The notes under the pieces: model-generated
Databases searched by the model: none
What the model saw: the letters and a program-made list of their open reading frames with translations, nothing else
What the model was told of the DNA's origin: nothing
Source of the DNA: Candidatus Scatocola faecigallinarum
Lineage (GTDB): Bacteria > Pseudomonadota > Alphaproteobacteria > RF32 > CAG-239
Length of the DNA stretch: 64,000 nt
Direction: 5' to 3'
NCBI GenBank assembly: GCA_018713605.1
Contig: DVOM01000017.1
Coordinates: 119 to 64,118 of the forward strand
Translations under genes and position numbers: made by a program
Shown: piece after piece, positions 9,608 to 19,201 of the stretch
How the letters are laid out: each line of letters begins with the position of its first letter
How positions within the stretch are numbered: the first letter of the stretch is position 1

Positions 9608-10404
9608 AAATCGGCGTTTTTGATTCGGGGCTGGGCGGTCTGGTTATTACCCGCTCTTTTATAAATACGCTGCCGGAATATGACTATGTTTATTACGGCG
9701 ACACGAAACATCTTCCCTATGGCGAAAAAACTTCCGGACGGATTCTCAACTATACCCTTGAGGCCGTAAAGTTTCTGATTGCGCAGGACTGTGCGCTGAT
9801 AATCATCGCCTGCAATACGGCAACGTCAATAGCCCTGCGTTATATTCAGCAGCGTTTTATTCCGGCTTACGCTCCCTCGGTTAAAGTACTGGGCGTCGTT
9901 ATTCCGACCGTGGAAAAGGCGCTGGAAACGCATGCCGCCGGCGTCGGGGTTATTGCCACTAACGCTACTGTGCGTTCGCATATTTACCGTACCGAGCTGC
10001 ATAAAATATGCCCGGAACTTGCCGTGCGGGAAATTGCCGCGCCGCAGCTGGTGCCTGCTATTGAAGGAAACGACTTTGCCGCGGCCGAGCGGTTGGCAAA
10101 AGAATATGCCGCGCAGTTTGACTCTGTTGACGGCCTGATTCTCGGCTGCACGCATTATCCGCTGGTTAAGGAATATTTTCGCAGGTATCTGCCGTCGAAT
10201 GTCCGCGTGGTATCGCAGGACGAATTGATGGGCGACAAACTGAAAGATTATCTCCGCCGTCATGCCGAAATTGAAACAAGACTTGATAAAAACCATTGTT
10301 ATCAGTTTGGAGTCAGCCGCCTGAACAAACATTACCGGCAGCTGGCCGATATGCTGTTTCCGGGAATTGATGTAGCGGAATACAAAAAGGAAACCGGGAA
10401 TTAA
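9604..10404 (+). CDS. murI: glutamate racemase
   Basis: IGVFDSGLGG, PYG, ACNTA, LGCTHYP. Confidence 0.95.
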   Translation: MKIGVFDSGLGGLVITRSFINTLPEYDYVYYGDTKHLPYGEKTSGRILNYTLEAVKFLIAQDCALIIIACNTATSIALRYIQQRFIPAYAPSVKVLGVVIPTVEKALETHAAGVGVIATNATVRSHIYRTELHKICPELAVREIAAPQLVPAIEGNDFAAAERLAKEYAAQFDSVDGLILGCTHYPLVKEYFRRYLPSNVRVVSQDELMGDKLKDYLRRHAEIETRLDKNHCYQFGVSRLNKHYRQLADMLFPGIDVAEYKKETGN

Positions 10405-10919
10405 TCCCGGCTTTTCTTCTTTTGCAGCAGAGCGGCGGTTATGTCGCTGCGGGGCGCGATAACGGCGGCGGTTGCCGCGGCAATGCCGTTTTCTTTTGCG
10501 ATTCCCCTGAACCCTTTTCGCAGCGCCTGAAAATGTTGCTTCCTTTCCTTAACGTAACCTTTCATTCCTAAAGAGAAAGCCTTGCGGAAACGTTTGAGCC
10601 TGCTCATTTCCGGGCTTTCCTGTTTTACTTTGTTCAAGGCGCTGACAAAATTTCTTTTCATCGCTATTGCTTCGCGCGGTCCGAAAAAGATTACCGCAGC
10701 GCCGACAGCCGGTGCCGCATTCAACATCATGGCGCCGGCAAAACCAGCTCCGAGGGCTGCGGCCGTATCACCGGCGATTTTTTTTGCGTCTTTGAAAACG
10801 TTCTTTTTCGGCTTGGTTGGCTTTTTAGAGGGAGATGAGGAAAGGCCGGCGGTGGAAAGCCCGTATTTTTTGTTGAACTCTTCCATCTCTTTCAGCATCT
10901 TGTCGATTTGGTCACTCAT
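10401..10919 (-). CDS. hypothetical basic protein
   Basis: 172-aa ORF, GGAG RBS, central hydrophobic stretch, basic C-terminus. Confidence 0.6.
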   Translation of the reverse strand: MSDQIDKMLKEMEEFNKKYGLSTAGLSSSPSKKPTKPKKNVFKDAKKIAGDTAAALGAGFAGAMMLNAAPAVGAAVIFFGPREAIAMKRNFVSALNKVKQESPEMSRLKRFRKAFSLGMKGYVKERKQHFQALRKGFRGIAKENGIAAATAAVIAPRSDITAALLQKKKSRD

Positions 10920-10996
10920 TTTTTTTCTCCGCGTTTTCTTTAAAGTATACACGAATTGATGTTTTTGTCAAAACAAAACGTCATTTTTGTCTAATA

Positions 10997-11464
10997 TTAT
11001 TGAGGCTTGCCGACGTCAATCCAGCCAAGACTGTCAGACAAACGGAACAAATCGTCACAATTCAGCTCAATGGCAGAATTGCTGCTGCCGCAGGCCGGAA
11101 AGACGGTGGAAAATCGTTGCAGCGAAACGTCGGTATAAACCCGTACGTTTTCGGGAATGCCGAAAGGACAGACGCCGCCGACGGCATGTCCGGTATATTG
11201 CAGAACCTCGTCCGGAGAAAGCATTTTTGCCTTGCAGCCGAACAGTTCTTTGTATTTGCGGTTGTCGATTTTGCAGTCCCCGGCCGCAACGATAAGAATA
11301 ACGCCGCTTTTGGCCATAAAAGACAGGGTCTTGGCTATACGCGCCGGTTCAACGCCGAGTGCAGCCGCCGCCAACTCGACGGTAGCGCTGGAGGCCGCCG
11401 TTTCGATAATGTCATCTCCGCGGCCGAATTGTTGCAGATATTTGCGGACTCTTTCAATGCTCAT
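10997..11464 (-). CDS. YbaK/EbsC family aminoacyl-tRNA deacylase
   Basis: ATVELAA, IAKTL, GGVCPFG, PACGS. Confidence 0.9.
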   Translation of the reverse strand: MSIERVRKYLQQFGRGDDIIETAASSATVELAAAALGVEPARIAKTLSFMAKSGVILIVAAGDCKIDNRKYKELFGCKAKMLSPDEVLQYTGHAVGGVCPFGIPENVRVYTDVSLQRFSTVFPACGSSNSAIELNCDDLFRLSDSLGWIDVGKPQ

Positions 11465-11506
11465 TTTTCCTCCGTAAAAGAAAAGCCCCGTTCGGGGCTT
11501 CTCTGC

Positions 11507-12484
11507 TTAGCAGATATGTTCAAATTCCTGTTTCAGGTCGCGATTGAACATTTCCCTGATTGTTTTTTTGATGTCGGCTTTTTCGTAAATGACTTTATAT
11601 AAGGCCTGACAAATCGGCATGTCAATATTCTCGCGGTCGGCAATCAGTTTAACGGCTTCCAGCGTCGGCACGCCTTCGGCAAGCTTGCCGAAGTTTTCGC
11701 CGCGGGCAAAGCTCTCACCGAACGAACGGTTATGGCTGTGCTTGGAAAAAAGTGTCGCCTCATAATCGCCCAAATGCGCCAAACCATAGGCCGTATGCGG
11801 ATTGCCGCCGAAATGGGCGATAAACCTGCCGACTTCAATCGGGGCGCGCGCCATCAGGGCGCCTTTCAGACCGTACCATTCCAGGCCGTCAAGAATGCCG
11901 GCCGCCAGCCCGATGACATTTTTCAACGCGGCGCCGATTTGATTGCCGATAAGGTCAGAACCGTAGTAAAAGCGAATAAGTTCGCTCTGCAGATTCTTAA
12001 TCAGCATGTCTTTGGTTTCTTCCTCATAGGAGTCGATAACCGCGCAGGATGGAACCTTTTTCATATAGTCCTGAACATGTCCCGGTCCGGCCAATACGGC
12101 AATATGAATGTTCTGCTGGATTTCTTCTTTCATGATGTCGTGCATAATGGCGGCGCTGGGCGTTTCCAAACCTTTCATCGCCAGAAGGAAAGTTCTGCCG
12201 CGCACGTCAAAACCGTTCAGTTGCCTGCACAGCGAACGAAAATGCTGACAGCCGATGGAGACAATAATGATGTCATTTTTCAGAACGTCTTCGATTTTGT
12301 CGTGCAAAATCATGTTGTCGGACAGGCTCAGATAAGGGTTTTTCCGGGTGTCGCGAAGCTCGATGAAATTCGGCGAAGTCGGAATGTCATACATGTCGAC
12401 CTGATCGAAGCCGCAATAGTTTCCGGCATACCAGCCGAGAAAAGTTCCCCAGCGGCCGCATCCGATTAATGAAATCTTTTTCAT
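11507..12484 (-). CDS. gpsA: NAD(P)H-dependent glycerol-3-phosphate dehydrogenase
   Basis: GCGRWG, MKGLE, GPGH, ALKNVIG, LGDYEAT, SHNR, AEGV. Confidence 0.9.
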   Translation of the reverse strand: MKKISLIGCGRWGTFLGWYAGNYCGFDQVDMYDIPTSPNFIELRDTRKNPYLSLSDNMILHDKIEDVLKNDIIIVSIGCQHFRSLCRQLNGFDVRGRTFLLAMKGLETPSAAIMHDIMKEEIQQNIHIAVLAGPGHVQDYMKKVPSCAVIDSYEEETKDMLIKNLQSELIRFYYGSDLIGNQIGAALKNVIGLAAGILDGLEWYGLKGALMARAPIEVGRFIAHFGGNPHTAYGLAHLGDYEATLFSKHSHNRSFGESFARGENFGKLAEGVPTLEAVKLIADRENIDMPICQALYKVIYEKADIKKTIREMFNRDLKQEFEHIC

Positions 12485-12577
12485 AAAACAGTCCTTTGAT
12501 AATTAAGTACGGAATAACTCATTCTCTAACGCAAAAATGCCGGTTTGGCAATGCCGATAAAACAAAAACGCACAAGC

Positions 12578-12919
12578 CTAGCCGAAAGTGCGTCCGCCTT
12601 TGGCAACATTGGTTGCCGGCATGTCGACGAAATGAATGTTGACGGCTTCCGCTTCGCAGCCGAACTTCTGCACGCAGAAATCGGTCAGAACTTTGGCCAA
12701 TTGGCCGATTTTTCCGTTGTAACCGATGGATTTCATCTCAATCAGCGCGCCGACGGTTTCGGGATTGGCTCCGCAGCTCATCAGTTTGCCGGTGTTGATT
12801 TTGGCGGCGATATAGTCTTTGGGCTTGCTCAGTTCGGCAGAAACCAGCTCAACAAGCTCGGAAAGTTCCGTTTGGGTCGCTTTCGTTTCTGCATTGGTGT
12901 CAATGGTAATAAACGGCAT
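12578..12919 (-). CDS. MIF-like phenylpyruvate tautomerase
   Basis: N-terminal MPFITIDTN (catalytic Pro1), KPKDY, KSIG, IHFVDM. Confidence 0.82.
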   Translation of the reverse strand: MPFITIDTNAETKATQTELSELVELVSAELSKPKDYIAAKINTGKLMSCGANPETVGALIEMKSIGYNGKIGQLAKVLTDFCVQKFGCEAEAVNIHFVDMPATNVAKGGRTFG

Positions 12920-13179
12920 TGTTTTTTCTCCTTTTTAGATGTTTTGAATGAACCAAGCATAGCCGAATAGATATATTTGGCAACAGCAAATTTTAAGACT
13001 GAAAAGCAAATGTAACAAAAGTTTTATAATTTTTTCGCTTTTTTTGTGCTATATTGATAACTGAAGTAATTCATGAGTGATATCTGCCCTACTAAGAAAA
13101 ACGCCCGATAGAATTCGGGCGTTTTTTGCGCGTATCAATCCTGCCGGAAAACCGGCGGATAAATAAAACTTTCCGGCTG

Positions 13180-13539
13180 TTACAGCGAACCTTTTTTTAC
13201 ATGCTGCCGGCCGACAATCGCGTTAATGTGGTCAAACTCTTCAAAAGAATGATACGCATAGTCCTGGGCTTTTTTGTCGCAGTCGTAAAAGACTTTGTTG
13301 GCCAGCGTCTGAATTGCGTTGTCAATTCTCTGAAAAGCGGCGTTGTAGTCGGCATTGAAATTGTTTTTTGTTTTTTTCTTTACAAGGTCATGGTAAGCCG
13401 CAATGACTTTTGCCGTTTCGTCGGCGGAGTTGGCATAGCCTTTTTCTTCAAAGTCGCGCATAATGCGCGCCGTCGTCTGATAAAAGCATTTGTTGGTCAA
13501 AATGCTTCTTTGACTTTTATTGTTACTATCAATAATCAT
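13180..13539 (-). CDS. hypothetical protein
   Basis: 119-aa ORF followed by a terminator-like hairpin at ~13097-13126; start uncertain. Confidence 0.55.
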   Translation of the reverse strand: MIIDSNNKSQRSILTNKCFYQTTARIMRDFEEKGYANSADETAKVIAAYHDLVKKKTKNNFNADYNAAFQRIDNAIQTLANKVFYDCDKKAQDYAYHSFEEFDHINAIVGRQHVKKGSL

Positions 13540-13649
13540 GATATAACATCCATTTCCTTATTCCGTAACAATTATGTAACACATCTTTTCCGAATTTGCA
13601 AGAGGCAGCCGGTCAAAATGTGAACATACAAAAAGCTTGGCATAAACCG

Positions 13650-13665
13650 GTTAAAAATCGGTTAA
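13650..13665 (-). promoter_or_regulatory. CtrA box
   Basis: Minus strand TTAA-CCGATTT-TTAAC, exact TTAA-N7-TTAAC. Confidence 0.5.
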
Positions 13666-13707
13666 TTGCCAGATGTCGGAAAAAGCCCCTCAAAAGAGGG
13701 GCTGTTC

Positions 13708-15435
13708 TTAAGGAATATAATCGAGAGTAATGACTTTCTTACATATAGAAGAGTTTGGTGTGCCATCATAATTTTCCGGGCAACAGCATGTGGTTTCGTT
13801 AACGCCGCATGTGCTGGTTGGTGCTTCCACAACTTTAAACCCGCTGTCAGCACATTTATAAGCGGAACATTTGTTAAAACCAACAACTCGCCCATTCTCG
13901 TCGCATGCATCAGCGATATAGCCTCTGTAAAACCAGCTTTCGTGATTAACATAATTACCGCGGTAGCCGCGTTCTCCGCAAATTTCTCTGACATAACCGA
14001 TGCCTGTTGTTCCGATATAAGGACGATGGAGAAATCTGGCCTTTTCACATCCGCAGGAGGTTCTGTAGTTTTTACCGCCACAAACAACAGAAACATTCTG
14101 TACCGGCGTGAAGCCATAACTTGGTTTGCCGTCGTTATTATAGCAATAATATAAGCCTTCGGCACTTCCGCCTTCGCGATGACAAAGTTCACATTTATAA
14201 TAAGTTAAGCCGTCTTTTTGACATGATAATGTTGCTTCATAAGCTGTGGGACATTCTCTCGATGTAAGCTTGCAATCACACTTTCCGCAAACTTGACCGC
14301 CCGATTTTCCGGAAGTTGAGAGCGTGTAGCCGCTTTCACAGGAAATAACATCGGTAGAATATCCGTCCGGGCATTGAGCCGGAACACATTTTCCGCAGGC
14401 TTGTCCGCCGGAAACGCCGTTGGTTTCCAGAACGTACCCGTCGGAAGTTTTGCAGGATTTAACCGTGGTGTCATATCCGTCCGGACAAGACGAATTTGTA
14501 CATTTGCCGCAAACGCCGTCGCCTGATTTTCCGGAAGTCGTCAGACGATAGCCGGCCGCCGTATCGCAAGAATCAACTGATGTCGAATAACCGCTTGGAC
14601 AGGGTTTTGCCGTGTTGTTGTACAATGTTTCACCGTCGCAGGTTGTGCAGGGCGTTGACGTCCAGCCTTCGCCGCTCTTCGGCGCTGCATCGCCGTAACA
14701 GCTTTCGACACAGGCCGGAGTACAGTCGCCGGAACAATAGCCGTTGCGGTAAATGCCCTTGCAGTCGCTTTTGTTGTCGCACTTGTTCGGAAAATAGTCG
14801 CTCGTGCAGTAGGTGCTGCAACGTGAAGCGTCCTTATAACAGACGGTTCCGGTACAATACTGCCATGTTCCGCCACAGTCGTAGTATCCCGGGCAGGGGT
14901 CGCAGTCTTTGGCTTTGTAACAGGTATTTCCGCATTCGTTGCGGATTGTGTCGTAGCATTCGGAAGTTGCCGTTGACGTATAGCCGGACGGGCAGGAGTT
15001 GTCGCAGCATTTTTTACAGTTTTCGCCGCAGGCATTCTGTCCGACCGTGTTTCCGGTACAGGTTGTTGACGAGTTGGCCGGGCAGTCGTTGACCAGACAT
15101 TTGCCGAAGGCGGCATTGTAAGGACAAGACCTGTCAAGGCAGTAGCCGTCCGAACATGAAGAAACAAAACCTTCATTTTTGCATTGTTTGGACGAATCAA
15201 CGTCATAAACGCCGTCCCCTTTGCCAAAGCCGACGTTGGGGTCGCAGTCGCCGAAACCGAGGAAACAGACGGAGGCGGTTTTATAGGCTTTGTCGGGTTG
15301 TTCAAACTGAAAGGCGGGCTTTGGTTCGGGTGTGTATGTGTGTGTATGTGCAGGTAAGCCGGAGGCAATGGTTAGCCTGGGGAACATAAGAACCGTTCCG
15401 GAAAGCAAAGAGAACATTAAAACAGGTTTCTTCAT
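13708..15435 (-). CDS. secreted cysteine-rich repeat protein
   Basis: Signal-like N-terminus, GAGGTG RBS, dozens of Cys, three CP(S/D)GY.T...C...GY...SG..CGKC repeats (14278-14601). Confidence 0.8.
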   Translation of the reverse strand: MKKPVLMFSLLSGTVLMFPRLTIASGLPAHTHTYTPEPKPAFQFEQPDKAYKTASVCFLGFGDCDPNVGFGKGDGVYDVDSSKQCKNEGFVSSCSDGYCLDRSCPYNAAFGKCLVNDCPANSSTTCTGNTVGQNACGENCKKCCDNSCPSGYTSTATSECYDTIRNECGNTCYKAKDCDPCPGYYDCGGTWQYCTGTVCYKDASRCSTYCTSDYFPNKCDNKSDCKGIYRNGYCSGDCTPACVESCYGDAAPKSGEGWTSTPCTTCDGETLYNNTAKPCPSGYSTSVDSCDTAAGYRLTTSGKSGDGVCGKCTNSSCPDGYDTTVKSCKTSDGYVLETNGVSGGQACGKCVPAQCPDGYSTDVISCESGYTLSTSGKSGGQVCGKCDCKLTSRECPTAYEATLSCQKDGLTYYKCELCHREGGSAEGLYYCYNNDGKPSYGFTPVQNVSVVCGGKNYRTSCGCEKARFLHRPYIGTTGIGYVREICGERGYRGNYVNHESWFYRGYIADACDENGRVVGFNKCSAYKCADSGFKVVEAPTSTCGVNETTCCCPENYDGTPNSSICKKVITLDYIP

Positions 15436-15574
15436 AGTATCACCTCGCGACAAAGTTAGAACCGAAGCCCGAAAGGGGAGCGAGAGGCAATGGAGGGAAT
15501 GTCGGATATGCCGACAAAAGAGGCTGCGGCATAAAAGCGCCGCGGCATCAGACCATCCACACCTATCAAGTATC

Positions 15575-15603
15575 AGGATAAGCTAATTTGCGGAAAGAGT
15601 CAA
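15575..15603 (-). promoter_or_regulatory. sigma70-like promoter of the Cys-rich gene
   Basis: TTGACT-N17-TATCCT. Confidence 0.55.
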
Positions 15604-15704
15604 CTATTAATGAAACTACAAATTTTTCTGTCTACCAATGATGGAACTATCTTTATTTTTGTCACACAAAAAACAACGATATTAAAAGTCAAGCAGAGGA
15701 AAGC

Positions 15705-16070
15705 GTCATGCTCGGGTTAACCCGGGCATCTATTTCTTAGATATTCGGGTCAAGCCCGAATATGACAATTATTTATTCGTCGTTCCCGTGTTTTTTTCTT
15801 TTCCTCTCTTCTGTCATGTTCGTGCTTGCCCCGGACATCCAACCGTAGCGTCACGCTGAGCGTATGATCCGAATATCCAGAGATCCCCGGAACGCGCTGC
15901 GCTTGTCCGAGGATGACAGAAGAAAATAATACTGTCATTGCCGGACTTGATCCGGCAATCAAGGAAAGAGATGTCCGGCTCAAGGCCGAATATGACAATT
16001 ATTTCCTGTCATTCCCGTGCTTGGCACGGGAATCTGTAAAGGAGATGCCCGGGGTAAACCCGAACATGAC
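15705..16070. repeat. cluster of GTCA..TGAC (CGTC-type) REP-like palindromic units
   Basis: Units at 15705-15766, 15813-15839, 15850-15917, 15934-15996, 16008-16070; each is GTCA+hairpin+ATC and/or GAT+hairpin+TGAC. Confidence 0.85.
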
Positions 16071-16136
16071 ATAGAAAAAAAGGTCGAACATGATAAAGAA
16101 AAAGCCCCTCATTTGAGGGGCTTAATAAAAGGCTTC

Positions 16137-17072
16137 TTAAATGTTTCCGAACGGATTCAGAACCTTTTCATCAGGTTGTTTCCGCAAGTCAAAGAAGTTA
16201 AGGAATACCGCCGATACATAAATTGACGAATATGTACCGATGATAATGCCCCAAACCAGCGTAAACGAGAAGCTTCTCAGAACGTCGCCGCCCCAGATTA
16301 ACAGTGCGGTCGAAGCCAGCAGTGTTGTCAGGCCGGTCAAAATCGTTCTGGAAAAAATGTCGTTAATGCTTTTGTTGAGCAAATCATATTGCGGCATTTT
16401 CTTATATTTGCGCAGATTCTCTCGGATGCGGTCATAAGTAACGACCGTATCGTTGACCGAATAACCTGCCAGTGTCAGGATTGCCGCTACCGTCGTCAGG
16501 CTGAAATCCATGTCAAACAATGACAGAAGGCCGACTGTGATAACGATATCATGAATTAGTCCGAGGCAGGCGCCAAGGGCAAACTGCCACTCAAAACGAA
16601 CCCAGATATAGGCCGTAATTGCCAAAATGGCGATGACTGAGGCGATAATGCCGTCTTTTTTCAGCTCGTCGCCAACCTGCGGGCCGACCAGTTCGACTTT
16701 GCGGTACTCATAATCGGCTCCCAGGGTTGATTTAATTTCGTTGACGGCGGCCATTTGTTCTTTTTCGTCCAAACCTTTGGCCTGTGCCCTGATCATGACT
16801 TCGTCGCCGATTTCGCCAATGGTCTGAATGTTGACGTCATCCAGGTCAATATGGTCAAGCTTGTTTCTCATTTCCTCGACGTTGATTTTATCTTCGGCTT
16901 TCAGCTCAATCAGAATGCCGCCGGAGAAGTCAATGCCGTAATTAAAGCCTTTAAAGGCGATGCAGGCAATGGCCAGAACAAACATGCCGACAGACAGCAC
17001 ATAAGTCAATTTGCGGGCGCCCATAAAATTAATGGTCGTATCTTTGGTTACCCAACTGAAAATTTTCATCAT
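16137..17072 (-). CDS. secF: protein translocase subunit SecF
   Basis: GIDFSGG, VGPQVG, RFEW, HD, GYSVNDTVV.YDRIRE. Confidence 0.97.
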   Translation of the reverse strand: MMKIFSWVTKDTTINFMGARKLTYVLSVGMFVLAIACIAFKGFNYGIDFSGGILIELKAEDKINVEEMRNKLDHIDLDDVNIQTIGEIGDEVMIRAQAKGLDEKEQMAAVNEIKSTLGADYEYRKVELVGPQVGDELKKDGIIASVIAILAITAYIWVRFEWQFALGACLGLIHDIVITVGLLSLFDMDFSLTTVAAILTLAGYSVNDTVVTYDRIRENLRKYKKMPQYDLLNKSINDIFSRTILTGLTTLLASTALLIWGGDVLRSFSFTLVWGIIIGTYSSIYVSAVFLNFFDLRKQPDEKVLNPFGNI

Positions 17073-17089
17073 TTCTGAAATTCCTCGTC

Positions 17090-18634
17090 TTAAATCGGCA
17101 GCTTGGTCGGCTTATACTTGTTAAGCCAGCTGGCAATGATTAATCTGGTTACGGTTACGGAAGTGAACATTGAAGTCGCAATACCGATGGCCAGCGTGAC
17201 CGCAAAGCCTCTGACCGGACCCGTGCCGAAATAAAACAGCACGAAGGCCGCAACCAGCGTGGTCAGGTTGGAGTCGACAATCGTACCCCATGCTTCCGTA
17301 AAGCCTGCTTCGGCGGCGTCCTTGGTCGAACGGCCGTTTTTGACTTCTTCGCGCATGCGCTCGAAAATCAGTACGTTTGCGTCAACCGCCATGCCGATGG
17401 TCAGTATGATGCCGGCAATGCCGGGCAGCGTCAGCGTTGCGCCCATAAAGCTCAGTGCGCCGAGCATCAGGAACAGGTTCATCAGTACGGTTACGGTCGT
17501 GAAAATGCCGAACAGGCCATAGGCCAAAACCATGAAGACGATAACCGCAATCAAACCGATAATCGAGGCGGTAATGCCTTCGCGGATAGAATCCGAACCC
17601 AGACCTGCGCCGACGGTTCTTTCTTCCAAAACCTCAAGCGGGGCGGGTAAGGCGCCCGAACGAAGCAGCAAAGCCAGGTCATTGGCCGATTCCAGCGTAA
17701 AGTTGCCGGAGATGATGCCGCTGCCGCCGGTAATGGCGCTTTGAACGACCGGGGCCGAAATTACCTCGTTATCCAATACGATGGCCAGTCTTTCGCCGAT
17801 GTTGTTTTTGGTTGCCTCGCCGAATTTTTTACCGCCGATGGTGTTGAATTTAAAACTGACAACCGGCTGTCCTTCCTGAAAAGCAGCCTGGGCGTCAACC
17901 AGATTTTCACCGCCGACGACCGGTTTGCGGCTGATGACATAAGTTTCGCCGCCTTCGCCTTTAATCAGGCGGGATGAACTGCCGAGCTTGCCGCGGCGGG
18001 CGTCCGCAGCGGTCGACCGGCTGTCAACCATGTGAAACGACAGCTTTGCCGTCTTGCCGAGCAGGGTTTTGACATATTCCGGATTTTGCAAACCCGGCAG
18101 CTGAACGACAATGCGGTCGGTTCCCTGGCGCTGAATGACCGGTTCTTTGGTGCCCAGTTCGTCAATACGGCGGCGGACAATCTCAATCGACTGGTCGACG
18201 ACTTTCAGGCGCAGCTCGTTCAAAGCCGCTTCGCTGTATTTGATGACCAGCGTGCCGTCCTCATTCTCTTCAACCAGAATGCCGTTGTCTATTTTCTTAA
18301 ACAGGCCGCGCGCCTGATTGCGGGAATTCAGGTTTTCGATTTTTACCTTGACCGATTCGGAACCGGCGCTCAGATTCTGATAGCGGATTTTGTTCTCGCG
18401 CAAAAGCTGGCGCGCGGAATCCTCAACTGTTGACATTCTGTCTTTGAGAACGTCGTCAAGTTTGACTTCCAGCAAAAGGTTTGAACCGCCCTGAAGGTCA
18501 AGTCCGAGGTTAACCGGCTGCCACCATTTCGGCAGGGAGGAGGGATCCTTCATCATATTTGGTATGGCAAAAAAGATGCCGATGACACAAATGGCAAGAA
18601 TCAGGAAAATTCTGGTTCGTGACAGTTTATACAT
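17090..18634 (-). CDS. secD: protein translocase subunit SecD
   Basis: LGLDLQGG, RRIDELG..EP, LRSGALP, GMAVDANVLIFER. Confidence 0.97.
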   Translation of the reverse strand: MYKLSRTRIFLILAICVIGIFFAIPNMMKDPSSLPKWWQPVNLGLDLQGGSNLLLEVKLDDVLKDRMSTVEDSARQLLRENKIRYQNLSAGSESVKVKIENLNSRNQARGLFKKIDNGILVEENEDGTLVIKYSEAALNELRLKVVDQSIEIVRRRIDELGTKEPVIQRQGTDRIVVQLPGLQNPEYVKTLLGKTAKLSFHMVDSRSTAADARRGKLGSSSRLIKGEGGETYVISRKPVVGGENLVDAQAAFQEGQPVVSFKFNTIGGKKFGEATKNNIGERLAIVLDNEVISAPVVQSAITGGSGIISGNFTLESANDLALLLRSGALPAPLEVLEERTVGAGLGSDSIREGITASIIGLIAVIVFMVLAYGLFGIFTTVTVLMNLFLMLGALSFMGATLTLPGIAGIILTIGMAVDANVLIFERMREEVKNGRSTKDAAEAGFTEAWGTIVDSNLTTLVAAFVLFYFGTGPVRGFAVTLAIGIATSMFTSVTVTRLIIASWLNKYKPTKLPI

Positions 18635-18654
18635 AACTAAAGCCTCTTGATAAA

Positions 18655-19065
18655 TTACTTTTTGCGCTTTTCTTGAGCGTTTGAATTAGCCGGTTTGGCG
18701 GCTTTGTTTTTGGCCGGTTTGGTTTCAATCTTCGCCGGTTTGAAGTTTTCTTCGTTTACCACGTCGCGGATGGTTGCGCGGTTGACCGTGACGTTCAGCC
18801 CGTCGGCAATCTCGACGACCAGTTCCATACCGCCGTCTTCGGCTTTGACGACTTTGCCGTAAATACCGCCGCCGGTAATGACCTTGTCGCCCTTTTTAAT
18901 TGCCATGAGCATGGCTTCGTGCTGTTTGATTTTCTTCTGTTGCGGACGAATGAGCAGAACATAGAAAATGACAAAGATAAGTCCCAGCTGAATCAGGGTT
19001 CCGTAAACCGAACCCTGCGCCGCGGCTGCGTCGCCTGCCTGAGCAAAAGCCTCACTGATAAACAT
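18655..19065 (-). CDS. yajC: preprotein translocase subunit YajC
   Basis: FYVLLIRPQQKK, KGDKVITGGGIYG. Confidence 0.95.
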   Translation of the reverse strand: MFISEAFAQAGDAAAAQGSVYGTLIQLGLIFVIFYVLLIRPQQKKIKQHEAMLMAIKKGDKVITGGGIYGKVVKAEDGGMELVVEIADGLNVTVNRATIRDVVNEENFKPAKIETKPAKNKAAKPANSNAQEKRKK

Positions 19066-19201
19066 TTTTTTCTCCTAATTATTAATAAACTGCAATGACT
19101 ATACACCAAACTCCGTTCTTAACAAGAGTCTAAAGTCATTTATTTAACAAATTTTTTTATTATTTAGGTATTTAAGCCGGACGAATGCAAGCCTTGGTTC
19201 A

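Noticed and set aside
13708-14300. Cys-rich C-terminus as a DGR variable region
   Set aside because: No template repeat or reverse transcriptase in the window.
15500-15560. CTGATG in the Cys-rich gene leader as a hammerhead ribozyme
   Set aside because: Lacks CUGANGA and the GAAA after stem II.
15705-16070. REP cluster as CRISPR or integron attC array
   Set aside because: Units are diverged hairpin dimers with no unique fixed-length spacers or cassette ORFs.
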